From positions 52,266,001 through 52,330,000 of the forward strand of contig OZ296650.1 of the NCBI GenBank assembly GCA_965655095.1: DNA of 64,000 nt, in the 5' to 3' direction. Position 1 is the stretch's first letter; each line of letters opens with the position of its first letter. The notes under the pieces are model-generated. The model was given only the letters and a program-made list of their open reading frames with translations. It was not told where the DNA came from and made no database searches. Source of the stretch: Haplodiscus bocki. Its lineage: Eukaryota. Below are positions 9,201 to 22,280 of the stretch, in pieces. The translations under genes and the position numbers were made by a program.

Positions 9201-12200
9201 TGAGGAAGAGAGTCAGATTGTAAATTCATTCAAGTTGATCATTGCTTTTTAATCTCGGCAGTCCAACGGACTCAAAACTTCTACCTATATCGTTTCTTTT
9301 CCAGGTCTAAACTCGTCCATTTTCATCACTGCTAGCTTGGTTTATTGTGTAAAGGAATCAATCGGGAACTTTAACATTTTAGAAGAGATTTCCATAAAAT
9401 TTCTTTTGTTTTGACCAGTGATTCAAAATCTCGGAAGTCCAAACATGGAACTTGGCTACTCATTCGCAATACCGCCAAAGTCAATCTCCTATTTCTCCAT
9501 AACTACAGATTTCATTTCTTCCCTAATCAACTCCGACGGCAACTGCACTTGTCAGGGCGAATTTCGACTTTGGAGTTCATTCTGGTTGATGCCTGCACAA
9601 ATTGGCTGACACCACAAAAAATCCAATGTCCGTTATCTTTTACTATCAATCTCGAAGCCCAAACCTAACCTTCCGATAACCGCGAAACTCAATCTCACAT
9701 TTCTGAGTAACTACAGGTTTCAATTATCTCTGATTAACTCTATCGGCAACTCCACTTTTCAAGAGGAATTTGGACCTCGGAGTTCATTCCATTTGATTCT
9801 TGCATGAATTGGTTGAGACCACGAAAAAACCAATATCTGTTTCATTTTATTGTCCATCTCGAAGCCTAAACCTAACCATCTCCAAAAAACAGGTTCGAGT
9901 TTTTCGTTGGAAAACTCAATCAGTTTTATCACCTTTGTATGAGATAATTCGATTGAAACCTTCTTCAATAAGGTCTCTGCTTTAAAATTTTGGTAGGCCG
10001 AAAAATCCAAAAACTGGTTGTATTGAAAAAACTATCTCGACAAGGACAGTCGTTATTATCCGTCATTACAAGCTTGAGTTCTGCTATGAAAGTCTCACCG
10101 AAAATCTCTGCTTTTGTGCTGGTGAATTCGATTGTCAATTTTTTCACTTTGATACTTGCATACAAACTTTGATCTTCCAATGGATCCAAAACTTCTTTCT
10201 TTCAAAGTCTTTGAGTGTTCAATGGAAACAAAACTTCTTTAAGTCAAGAATTTCTCCTTGGTGAAACTCAAATTTCCTAATCAATTCGGATTTTATTTCT
10301 TCTACTGAGATCTTAAAAAAATTACTTTTTTAGGGAAGGATTCAAAAGGTAACCTATTTATTTTTTTTGATTGGATTTTCGTATACTCCGGAAGAAGACA
10401 ACTGTGCCGTTTCTGATTGTTTATCTGGAACCTCGAAAAACATCTGACCTTAGTTGGTCATTTGGTTTCCACCATGAAGTTTTTGTTCGAAAAATGATTA
10501 CCTTTTTTGGAGGATTTGTTTGGAGAATCCCGTTTTTCGATCTTCACATCAAAAAAGTGGCAGTCTGAAAAATCGCAAACATACTAGTAATAGAGGAAGA
10601 ATTCGAAATGGACACCCATACTTGCCCATTTTTACAATTTTGACTTCATTCTCGATAGTTTCATTCAAAGATTTCAATACAGAGGTGCAGAGTTAGATTG
10701 AAAATTCTCTCATTTAGGCCAATGCTCCAAAATCTTGGCAGTCTAATGGATTCGAAACTTCTACCAACATCATTTCTTTTCCATGTCTAAACTCAACTTT
10801 TTTTCATCACTGCTAGGTGGTTTACTGTATAAGGGAATCAGTCGGGAACTTTAACGTTTTAGATGAAGTTTCCAACAAAATATCGTTTTTTTGATCCATG
10901 AATGAAAATCTCGAAAGTCCAAGCTCGGAACTTGGCTATGTAATTCCATTTACCACGAAACTCAATCTCACATTTTTCAGTTACTACAGGTTTCATTTCA
11001 GACCTAATCAACTCTGTCGGCAATTCCACTTTTCAAGGAGAAGTTTGATTTCGGAGTACGTTCAGGCTGATCCTTGCATGAATTGGCTGACAATACAGAA
11101 AATCCATCATATGTTATATTTTATTATCTATCTCGATGCCGAAATCTAACCTCCTCCAAAACTACAGGTTTCATTCCTTCGTTGAAAAACTCAATCTGCC
11201 TTCCCACCTTTGTTTGAGATGATTCGATTGAAATCTTCGTCAATATGGTCTCTGCTTTAAAATTTTGATTGGCCGAAAAATCCAAAAACTGCTTGTATTG
11301 AAGAAACTATCTCGACAATGACAATCGTTTATATCCGTCATTACAAGCTTGAGTTCTTCTATCGAAGTCTCACTGGAAAATTCTAGTTTTGTGCCGGTGA
11401 AGTCGATTGTCAAAATTTCCGATTTGATCTTTGCATCCAAACTTTGTTCGTCCAATGGACCCAATCGACATAATTAATGAACATTTCAAAATGGACAACC
11501 GTACTTGTACGTTACTACAAGTTTGACTTCATCCATGAAAGTCTCAAACAAAGATCTCAATTTTGAGGAGGAGAGTCAGATTGAAAAACCTTTCAAGTTG
11601 ATCATTGCTCCAAAATCTCGGCGGTCCAATAGATTCAAAACTTCTACCATCATCTTTTCTTTTCCGTGTCTGAACTCGTCTTTTTTCGTCATTGCCAGTT
11701 TGATTTACTGTGTAACGGAATTAATCGGGATCTTTAATGCTTTAGAAGAGATTTGCAACAAAAATCCGTTTTTTCAATCATTGAATAGAAATTTCCAAAA
11801 TCCAAACATGGAACTTGGCTAAATCTTTCGATTTACCTCGAAATTAAATCCCACATTCATCCATAACTACAAGTTCCTTTTCTCCCCTAATCAACTCCGT
11901 CGGCCACTCCACTTTTCAAAGTGAATTTTGAATATCGGAGATCTTTCAGGTTGATCCTTGCTTGAATTGACTGACTCAACGGAAAATCCAACCTTTGTTA
12001 CCTTTTAAGGTCTATCTCGCAGCCCAAACATAACCTTCTCCAAAACTCCAGGTTTGATTTCTTCATTCAAAAACTCAATCGGTTTTCCCAATTTTGTATG
12101 AGATGATTTGATTGAAATCCTCTTCAATATGGTCTCTGCTTTGAAATTTTGATTGGCCGAAAAATCCAAAAACTGCTTGTATTGATAAAACTATCTTGTC

Positions 12201-14099
12201 AATGACAATCGTTATTATCCGTCAGTACAAGCTTGATTTCTTCTATGAAAGTTTCACTGGAAAACTCGGCTTTTGTGCTGGTGAAGTCGGTTGTCAAGTT
12301 TTCCACTTTGATCCCTGCATCCAAATTTTGATCTTCCAATGGATCCAAAACTTCTCTTTGTCAAAGTCTTTGATTTTTCAATGGAAACAAAACTTCTTTT
12401 GATTCCAGAATTTCTCCCTGGTAAAACTCAAATTTCCTAATCAATTGGGATTTGATTTCTTCTATTGACATCTTAAAACAATTTATACTTTTTCAGAGAA
12501 AGATTCAATAGGTAACCTGTTTATTATTTTTGATTGAATTTTCGTATACTCCGGAAGAAGACAAATGTGCCGTTTCTAATTGTTTATCGGGAACCTCAAA
12601 ATAAAATCTGACCATAGTTGGCTATCAGGTTTCCGCCATGAATATCTTGTTCGAAAAATGATTACCTTTTTCGGAGGAATTGATTGGAGAATCCCCTTTT
12701 TCGATCTTGACATCGAAGGTGTGGCAGTCTGAAAAGTCCCAAATATTATCGTATTTATTGAATATTTCAAAATGGACAATCATACTTGTCCACATCTACA
12801 CTTTTGACTTCCTTCATGAAAGTCTCAATCAAATATCTCAATTTAGACGAGCAGAGTTAGATTGAAAACCCATCCATGTTGGTCATTGCTCCAAAATCTT
12901 GGCAGTCCAATGGATTCAAAACTTCTACCAACATCATTTCTTTTCCATGTCTAAACTCAACTTTTTTCATCACTGCTAATTGGCTTACCGTATAAGGGAA
13001 TCAGTGGGGAAGTTTAGCGTTTTAGAAGAAATTTGCAACAAAATATCGTTTCTTTTGATCAATGAATGGAACCCTCGAAAGTCCAAACATGGAACTTGGC
13101 TAATTAATTCGATTTACCTCGAAACTCAATCTCACCTTCCTACGTAACTACATGTTTCTTTTCATACCTAATCAACTCTGTCGGCAATTCCACTTTTCAA
13201 AGAGAATATTGATTTCGGAGTTCATTCAGGTTGATCCTTGCATGAATTGGCTGACACTACGAAAAATCCAACATGTGTTACTTTTTTTATGTATCTCGTT
13301 GCCCAGACCTAACCTTCTCCAAATTTACATGTCTGATTTCTCCGTTGAAAAACTCAATCGATTATCATACTTTTTTATGAGAGGATTCGACTGAAATTTT
13401 CTTCAATATGGTCCCTGGGTCATTATTTTGGTTGACCAAAAAATTCGAAATCTGATTGTAATGAAAAAAAGTTTCTGGACCTTGACAATCGTAATTTTCC
13501 GTAATCAAAAGATTGGTTTCTCCTATGAAAGTCCCACTGGATAACTTTGCTTTTGTGTCGGCGAATTCGATTGTCAAGTTTTTAACTCCGATCCTTGCAT
13601 CCAAACTTTGATCTTCCAATGGATCCAAAACTTCTTTCTGTCAAACTTTTTGATTGTTCGTTGGAAACAAAACTTCTTTTAATTCCGGAATTTCTCCCTG
13701 ATGAAGCTCATAATTCCTATTCAAATCGGAGTTGATTTCTTCTATTGAGATCTCAACACAAATTACGTTTTTTAGAGAAGGATTCAAAAGATAGCTTACC
13801 TGATTTTACTTTGATTGAAATTGCGTAGACTCCGAAAAAAAAATGTGCTGATTTTAATTGTTTATCTCGAAACTCAGAATAAAACGTGACGGTAGTTGGC
13901 CATTTAGTTTCCACCATGAAAATTTTGTTCAAAAAATGTCCGATTTTTTGGCTTGATTTTTTTGGAGAATCCCCTTTTCCGAGCTTTGCTTCAAAAGTGT
14001 GACAGTCCGGAAAATCCCAAAAATATTAGTAAGATAGGAATAACTCAAAATGGACAAACCTACTTGTCCGTTACTACAAGTTTGACTTCATTCATGAAT

Positions 14100-17000
14100 G
14101 TCATAAACAAAGATCTCAATTTAGAGGAGCAGAGTTAGATTGAAAATTCATTCATGTTGGTCATCGCTCCAAAATCTAGGCAGTCCAATGGATTCAAAAA
14201 TTCCACCAACAATGTTTCTTTTCTATGTCTAAACTCGTCTTTTTTCATTACTGCCAGTTTGATTTACTGTATAAAGGAATCAATCGGGAATTCAATCGTT
14301 TCAGAAGCCATTTACAACAAAGTCGATTTATTTTGGTCATTGAATCAAAATCTCAAAAGTCTAAGCATGGAACTTGGCTACGTATTTCCATTTACCACGA
14401 AACTCAACCTCACATTTCTCCGTTACTACAGGTTTGATTTCATACCTAAGCAACTCTGTCGGCAATTCTACTTTTCAAGGAGAAGTTTGATTTCGGAGTT
14501 CGTTCAGGCTGGTCCTTGCATGAATTGTCTGACAATACGGATAATCCATCATATGTTATATTTTTTTATGTATCTCGATGCCCCAACCTAACCTCCTCCA
14601 AAAGTACAGGTTTCATTCCTTCGTTGAAAAACTCAATCTGTTTTCCCATTTCTGTTTGAGGGGGTTCGACTGAAATTCTCCTTAATATGGTCCCTGCTTC
14701 AATGTTTTGATTGACCAAAAAAATGCTTGTAATGAGAGAAATCTCTAAACTTTGACAACAACATTTATTCGTCAGAACAAGCTTGATTTCGTCTACGAAA
14801 GTCTCACCGGAAAACTCTAGTTTTGTGCCGCTGAAGTCGCCTGTCAAAGTTTCCGATTTGATCTTTGCATCGAAACTTTGTTCGTCCAATGGATCGAAAA
14901 CTTCTGTTTGTCAAAACTAGGATTGTTCAATGGAAACAAAACTTCTTTTAATTCCGGACTTTCTCCTTTCTGGAGTTCGTATTTACTAATCAATTCAGAT
15001 TTGATTTTCTCTAGTGAGATCCCATCACGAATTCGTACTTATTCAAAAACTTCTTCAACAGGTAACTTACTTGTTTTTACTTTGGATGAGCTTGCGTAGA
15101 CTCCGAAAAAAAAACAAATGTGCTGAATTTAATTGTTTATATCGAACCTCGGAATGAGATCTGACCGTAGTTGGCCACTTGGTTTCCACCATGAAAATTT
15201 TGTTCAAAAAAACGTTCATTTTTTTGGCTTGATTTTTTTGGAGAATCTTCTTTCTCGAACTTTGCTTCGAAAGTGTGACAGTCCGAAAAATCCCAAAGAT
15301 ATTAGTAAAGAAGGAATAACTCGAAATGGACAACCATAATTGTCCGTTACTACAAGTTTGACTTCATTCATGAATGTCATAAACAAAGATCTCAATTTAG
15401 AGGAGCAGATTTAGATTGAGAATTCATTCACGTTGGTCATTGCTCCAAAATCTCGGCAGTCCAATGGATTCAAAAATTCCACCAACAATGTTTCTTTTCT
15501 ATGTCTAAACTCGTCTTTTTTCATTACTGCCAGTTTGATTTACTGTATAAAGGAATCAATCGGGAATTCTATCGTTTCAGAAGCCATTTACAACAAAGTC
15601 GATTTATTTTGGTCATTGAATCAAAATCTCAAAAGTCTAAGCATGGAACTTGGCTACGTATTTCCATTTACCACGAAACTCAACCTCACATTTCTCCGTT
15701 ACTACAGGTTTGATTTCATACTTAAGCAACTCTGTCGGCAATTCTACTTTTCAAGGAGAAGTTTGATTTCGGAGTTCGTTCAGGCTGGTCCTTGCATGAA
15801 TTGTCTGACAATACGGATAATCCATCATATGTTATATTTTTTTATGTATCTCGATGCCCCAACCTAACCTCCTCCAAAAGTACAGGTTTCATTCCTTCGT
15901 TGAAAAACTCAATCTGTTTTCCCATTTCTGTTTGAGGGGGTTCGACTGAAATTCTCCTTAATATGGTCCCTGCTTCAATGTTTTGATTGACCAAAAAAAT
16001 GCTTGTAATGAGAGAAATCTCTAAACTTTGACAACAACATTTATTCGTCAGAACAAGCTTGATTTCGTCTACGAAAGTCTCATCGGAAAACTCTAGTTTT
16101 GTGCCGCTGAAGTCGCCTGTCAAAGTTTCCGATTTGATCTTTGCATCGAAACTTTGTTCGTCCAATGGATCGAAAACTTCTGTTTGTCAAAACTAGGATT
16201 GTTCAATGGAAACAAAACTTCTTTTAATTCCGGACTTTCTCCTTTCTGGAGTTCGTATTTACTAATCAATTCAGATTTGATTTTCTCTAGTGAGATCCCA
16301 TCACGAATTCGTACTTATTCAAAAACTTCTTCAACAGGTAACTTACTTGTTTTTACTTTGGATGAGCTTGCGTAGACTCCGAAAAAAAACAAATGTGCTG
16401 AATTTAATTGTTTATATCGAACCTCGGAATGAGATCTGACCGTAGTTGGCCACTTGGTTTCCACCATGAAAATTTTGTTCAAAAAAATGTTCATTTTTTT
16501 GGCTTGATTTTTTTGGAGAATCTCCTTTCTCGAACTTTGCTTCAAAAGTGTGACAGTCCGAAAAATCCCAAAGATATTAGTAAAGAAGGAATAACTCGAA
16601 ATGGACAACCATAATTGTCCGTTACTACAAGTTTGACTTCATTCATGAATGTCATAAACAAAGATCTCAATTTAGAGGAGCAGATTTAGATTGAGAATTC
16701 ATTCACGTTGGTCATTGCTCCAAAATCTCGGCAGTCCAATGGATTCAAAAATTCCACCAACAATGTTTCTTTTCTATGTCTAAACTCGTCTTTTTTCATT
16801 ACTGCCAGTTTGATTTACTGTATAAAGGAATCAATCGGGAATTCTATCGTTTCAGAAGCCATTTACAACAAAGTCGATTTATTTTGGTCACTGAATCAAA
16901 ATCTCAAAAGTCTAAGCATGGAACTTGGCTACGTATTTCCATTTACCACGAAACTCAATCTCACATTTCTCCGTTACTACAGGTTTGATTTCATACCTAA
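14100..17000 (+). repeat. Recent tandem amplification of one unit variant (~2.3 near-identical copies, period 1275-1276)
   Basis: ORF pairs 14566/15842, 14878/16154 and 15433/16708 are nearly identical at offsets of 1275-1276. Confidence 0.9.
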
Positions 17001-17127
17001 TCAACTCTGTTGGCAATTCCACTTTTCAAGGAGAAGTTTGATTTCGGAGTACGTTCAGGCTGATCCTTGCATAAATTGGCTGACAATACAGAAAATCCAT
17101 CATATGTTATATTTTATTATCTATCTC

Positions 17128-20100
17128 GAGGAACAAACCTTCATTCAAGTCAAAACTTTCTCCGTGTTGAAAGTAATATTTCCTAAACAATTCAGATTTG
17201 ATTTCTTCTACTGAGATCTCAAAACAAATTTCGATTTTGTAACGAAGGATTCAATAGGTAATTTACCTGTTGTTACTTTGATTGAAATAGCGTATACTCC
17301 GAAAAAAAAGAAATGTGTTGTTTTTAGTTCTTTATCTCGAATCTCAATATAAAATCTGTCCGTAGTTGGACGTTTTGTTTTAACCATGACGTTCCCGCTC
17401 GAAAAAAATTGAAACTTTTGGAGGGATTTGTTTGGGAAATCCCCTTTTTTGATCTTTGCATCGGAAGTATGACAGTCCGAAAGATGTCAAAAATTATGGT
17501 AACAAAGAAATAACTCGAAACGGACAATCATACTTCTCCATAACTACAAGTTTGACTTCATCCATGAAAGTCTCAATCAAAGATCTCAATTTTGAGGAAG
17601 AGAGTTAGATTAAAAGTTCATTCAAGTTGATCATTTCTTCAAAATCTCGGCAGTTCAATGGATTTAAATCTTTTACCTACATCGTTTCTTTTCCATGTCT
17701 AAATTCAATCTTTTTCATCATTGCCAGTTTGGTTTACTTTGTAAACGAATCAATCGGGAACTTTAACATTTTAGAAGAGATTTCCAATAAAATTTCTTTT
17801 CTTTTGACCAGTGATTCAAAATCTCGGAAGTCCAAACATGGAACTTGGCTACTCATTCGCAATACCGCCAAAGTCAATCTCCTATTTCTCCATAACTACA
17901 GATTTCATTTCTTCCCTAATCAACTCCGACGGCAACTGCACTTGTCAGGGCGAATTTCGACTTTGGAGTTCATTCTGGTTGATGCCTGCACAAATTGGCT
18001 GACACCACAAAAAATCCAATGTCCGTTATCTTTTACTATCAATCTCGAAGCCCAAACCTAACCTTCCGTTTGCCGCGAAACTCAATCTCACATTTCTGAG
18101 TAACTACAGGTTTCAATTCTCTCTGATTAACTCTATCGGCAACTCCACTTTTCAAGAGGAATTTGGACCTCGGAGTTCATTCCGTTTGATTCTTGCATGA
18201 ATTGGTTGAGACCACGAAAAAACCAATATCTGTTTCATTTTATTGTCCATCTCGAAGCCTAAAACTAACCATCTCCAAAAAACAGGTTCGAGTTTTTCGT
18301 TGGAAAACTCAATCAGTTTTATCACCTTTGTATGAGATAATTCGATTGAAACCTTCTTCAATATGGTCTCTGCTTTAAAATTTTGGTAGGCCGAAAAATC
18401 CAAAAACTGGTTGTATTGAAAAAACTATCTCGACAAGGACAGTCGTTATTATCCGTCATTACAAGCTTGAGTTCTGCTATGAAAGTCTCACTGAAATTCT
18501 CTGCTTTTGTGCTGGTGAATTCGATTGTCAATTTTTTCACTTTGATACTTGCATACAAACTTTGATCTTCCAATGGATCCAAAACTTCTTTCTTTCAAAG
18601 TCTTTGAGTGTTCAATGGAAACAAAACTTCTTTTAAGTCAAGAATTTCTCCTTGGTGAAAATCAAATTTCCTAATCAATTCGGATTTTATTTCTTCTATT
18701 GAGATCTTAAAAAAATTACTTTTTTAGGGAAGGATTCAAAAGGTAACCTATTTATTTTTTTTGATTGGATTTTCGTATATACCGGAAGAAGACAACTGTG
18801 CCGTTTCTGATTGTTTATCTGGAACCTCGAAAAAAATCTGACCTTAGTTGGTCATTTGGTTTCCACCATGAAGTTTTCGTTCGAAAAATGATTACCTTTT
18901 TTGGAGGATTTGTTTGGAGAATCCAGTTTTTCGATCTTCACATCAAAAAAGTGGCAGTCTGAAAAATCGCAAACATACTAGTAATAGAGGAAGAATTCGA
19001 AATGGACACCCATACTTGCCCATTTTTACAATTTTGACTTCATTCTCGATAGTTTCATTCAAAGATTTCAATACAGAGGTGCAGAGTTAGATTGAAAATT
19101 CTCTCATTTAGGCCAATGCTCCAAAATCTTGGCAGTCTAATGGATTCGAAACTTCTACCAACATCATTTCTTTTCCATGTCTAAACTCAACTTTTTTTCA
19201 TCACTGCTAGGTGGTTTACTGTATAAGGGAATCAGTCGGGAACTTTAACGTTTTAGATGAAGTTTCCAACAAAATATCGTTTTTTTGATCCATGAATGAA
19301 AATCTCGAAAGTCCAAGCTCGGAACTTGGCTATGTAATTCCATTTACCACGAAACTCAATCTCACATTTTTCAGTTACTACAGGTTTCATTTCAGACCTA
19401 ATCAACTCTGTCGGCAATTCCACTTTTCAAGGAGAAGTTTGATTTCGGAGTACGTTCAGGCTGATCCTTGCATGAATTGGCTGACAATACAGAAAATCCA
19501 TCATATGTTATATTTTATTATCTATCTCGATGCCGAAATCTAACCTCCTCCAAAACTACAGGTTTCATTCCTTCGTTGAAAAACTCAATCTGCCTTCCCA
19601 CCTTTGTTTGAGATGATTCGATTGAAATCTTCGTCAATATGGTCTCTGCTTTAAAATTTTGATTGGCCGAAAAATCCAAAAACTGCTTGTATTGAAAAAA
19701 CTATCTCGACAATGACAATCGTTTATATCCGTCATTACAAGCTTGAGTTCTTCTATCGAAGTCTCACTGGAAAATTCTAGTTTTGTGCCGGTGAAGTCGA
19801 TTGTCAAAATTTCCGATTTGATCTTTGCATCCAAACTTTGTTCGTCCAATGGACCCAATCGACATAATTAATGAACATTTCAAAATGGACAACCGTACTT
19901 GTACGTTACTACAAGTTTGACTTCATCCATGAAAGTCTCAAACAAAGATCTCAATTTTGAGGAGGAGAGTCAGATTGAAAAACCTTTCAAGTTGATCATT
20001 GCTCCAAAATCTCGGCGGTCCAATAGATTCAAAACTTCTACCATCATCTTTTCTTTTCCGTGTCTGAACTCGTCTTTTTTCGTCATTGCCAGTTTGATTT

Positions 20101-22240
20101 ACTGTGTAACGGAATTAATCGGGATCTTTAATGCTTTAGAAGAGATTTGCAACAAAAATCCGTTTTTTCAATCATTGAATAGAAATTTCCAAAATCCAAA
20201 CATGGAACTTGGCTAAATCTTTCGATTTACCTCGAAATTAAATCCCACATTCATCCATAACTACAAGTTCCTTTTCTCCCCTAATCAACTCCGTCGGCCA
20301 CTCCACTTTTCAAAGTGAATTTTGAATATCGGAGATCTTTCAGGTTGATCCTTGCTTGAATTGACTGACTCAACGGAAAATCCAACCTTTGTTACCTTTT
20401 AAGGTCTATCTCGCAGCCCAAACATAACCTTCTCCAAAACTCCAGGTTTGATTTCTTCATTCAAAAACTCAATCGGTTTTCCCAATTTTGTATGAGATGA
20501 TTTGATTGAAATCCTCTTCAATATGGTCTCTGCTTTGAAATTTTGATTGGCCGAAAAATCCAAAAACTGCTTGTATTGATAAAACTATCTTGTCAATGAC
20601 AATCGTTATTATCCGTCAGTACAAGCTTGATTTCTTCTATGAAAGTTTCACTGGAAAACTCGGCTTTTGTGCTGGTGAAGTCGGTTGTCAAGTTTTCCAC
20701 TTTGATCCCTGCATCCAAATTTTGATCTTCCAATGGATCCAAAACTTCTCTTTGTCAAAGTCTTTGATTTTTCAATGGAAACAAAACTTCTTTTGATTCC
20801 AGAATCTCTCCCTGGTGAAACTCAAATTTCCTAATCAATTGGGATTTGATTTCTTCTATTGACATCTTAAAACAATTTATACTTTTTCAGAGAAAGATTC
20901 AAAAGGTAACCTGTTTATTATTTTTGATTGAATTTTCGTATACTCCGGAAGAAGACAAATGTGCCGTTTCTAATTGTTTATCTGGAACCTCAAAATAAAA
21001 TCTGACCATAGTTGGCTATCAGGTTTCCGCCATGAATATCTTGTTCGAAAAATGATTACCTTTTTCGGAGGAATTGATTGGAGAATCCCCTTTTTCGATC
21101 TTGACATCGAAGGTGTGGCAGTCTGAAAAGTCCCAAATATTATCGTATTTATTGAATATTTCAAAATGGACAATCATACTTGTCCACATCTACACTTTTG
21201 ACTTCATTCATGAAAGTCTCAATCAAATATCTCAATTTAGACGAGCAGAGTTAGATTGAAAACCCATCCATGTTGGTCATTGCTCCAAAATCTTGGCAGT
21301 CCAATGGATTCAAAACTTCTACCAACATCATTTCTTTTCCATGTCTAAACTCAACTTTTTTCATCACTGCTAATTGGCTTACCGTATAAGGGAATCAGTG
21401 GGGAAGTTTAGCGTTTTAGAAGAAATTTGCAACAAAATATCGTTTCTTTTGATCAATGAATGGAACTCTCGAAAGTCCAAACATGGAACTTGGCTAATTA
21501 ATTCGATTTACCTCGAAACTCAATCTCACCTTCCTACGTAACTACATGTTTCTTTTCATACCTAATCAACTCTGTCGGCAATTCCACTTTTCAAAGAGAA
21601 TATTGATTTCGGAGTTCATTCAGGTTGATCCTTGCATGAATTGGCTGACACTACGAAAAATCCAACATGTGTTACTTTTTTTATGTATCTCGTTGCCCAG
21701 ACCTAACCTTCTCCAAATTTACATGTCTGATTTCTCCGTTGAAAAACTCAATCGATTATCATACTTTTTTATGAGAGGATTCGACTGAAATTTTCTTCAA
21801 TATGGTCCCTGGGTCATTATTTTGGTTGACCAAAAAATTCGAAATCTGATTGTAATGAAAAAAAGTTTCTGGACCTTGACAATCGTAATTTTCCGTAATC
21901 AAAAGATTGATTTCTCCTATGAAAGTCCCACTGGATAACTTTGCCTTTGTGCCGGCGAATTCGATTGTCAAGTTTTTAACTTCGATCCTTGCATCCAAAC
22001 TTTGATCTTCCAATGGATCCAAAACTTCTTTCTGTCAAACTTTTTGTTTGTTCGTTGGAAACAAAACTTCTTTTAATTCCAGAATTTCTCCCTGATGAAG
22101 CTCATAATTCCTATTAAAATCGGAATTGATTTCTTCTATTGAGATCTCAATACAAATTACGTTTTTTGGAGAAGGATTCAAAAGATAGCTTACCTGATTT
22201 TACTTTGATTGAAATTGCGTAGACTCCGAAAAAAAACAAA
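17128..22240 (+). repeat. Segmental copy of 7457-~13850 lacking exactly one unit
   Basis: The first part is offset by 9671 (ORFs 7653/17324) and the rest by 8393-8394 (9418/17811, 10898/19292, 13365/21759). The difference of 1278 is one unit. Confidence 0.9.
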
Positions 22241-22280
22241 TGTGCTGAATTTAATTGTTTATATCGAACCTCGGAATGAA

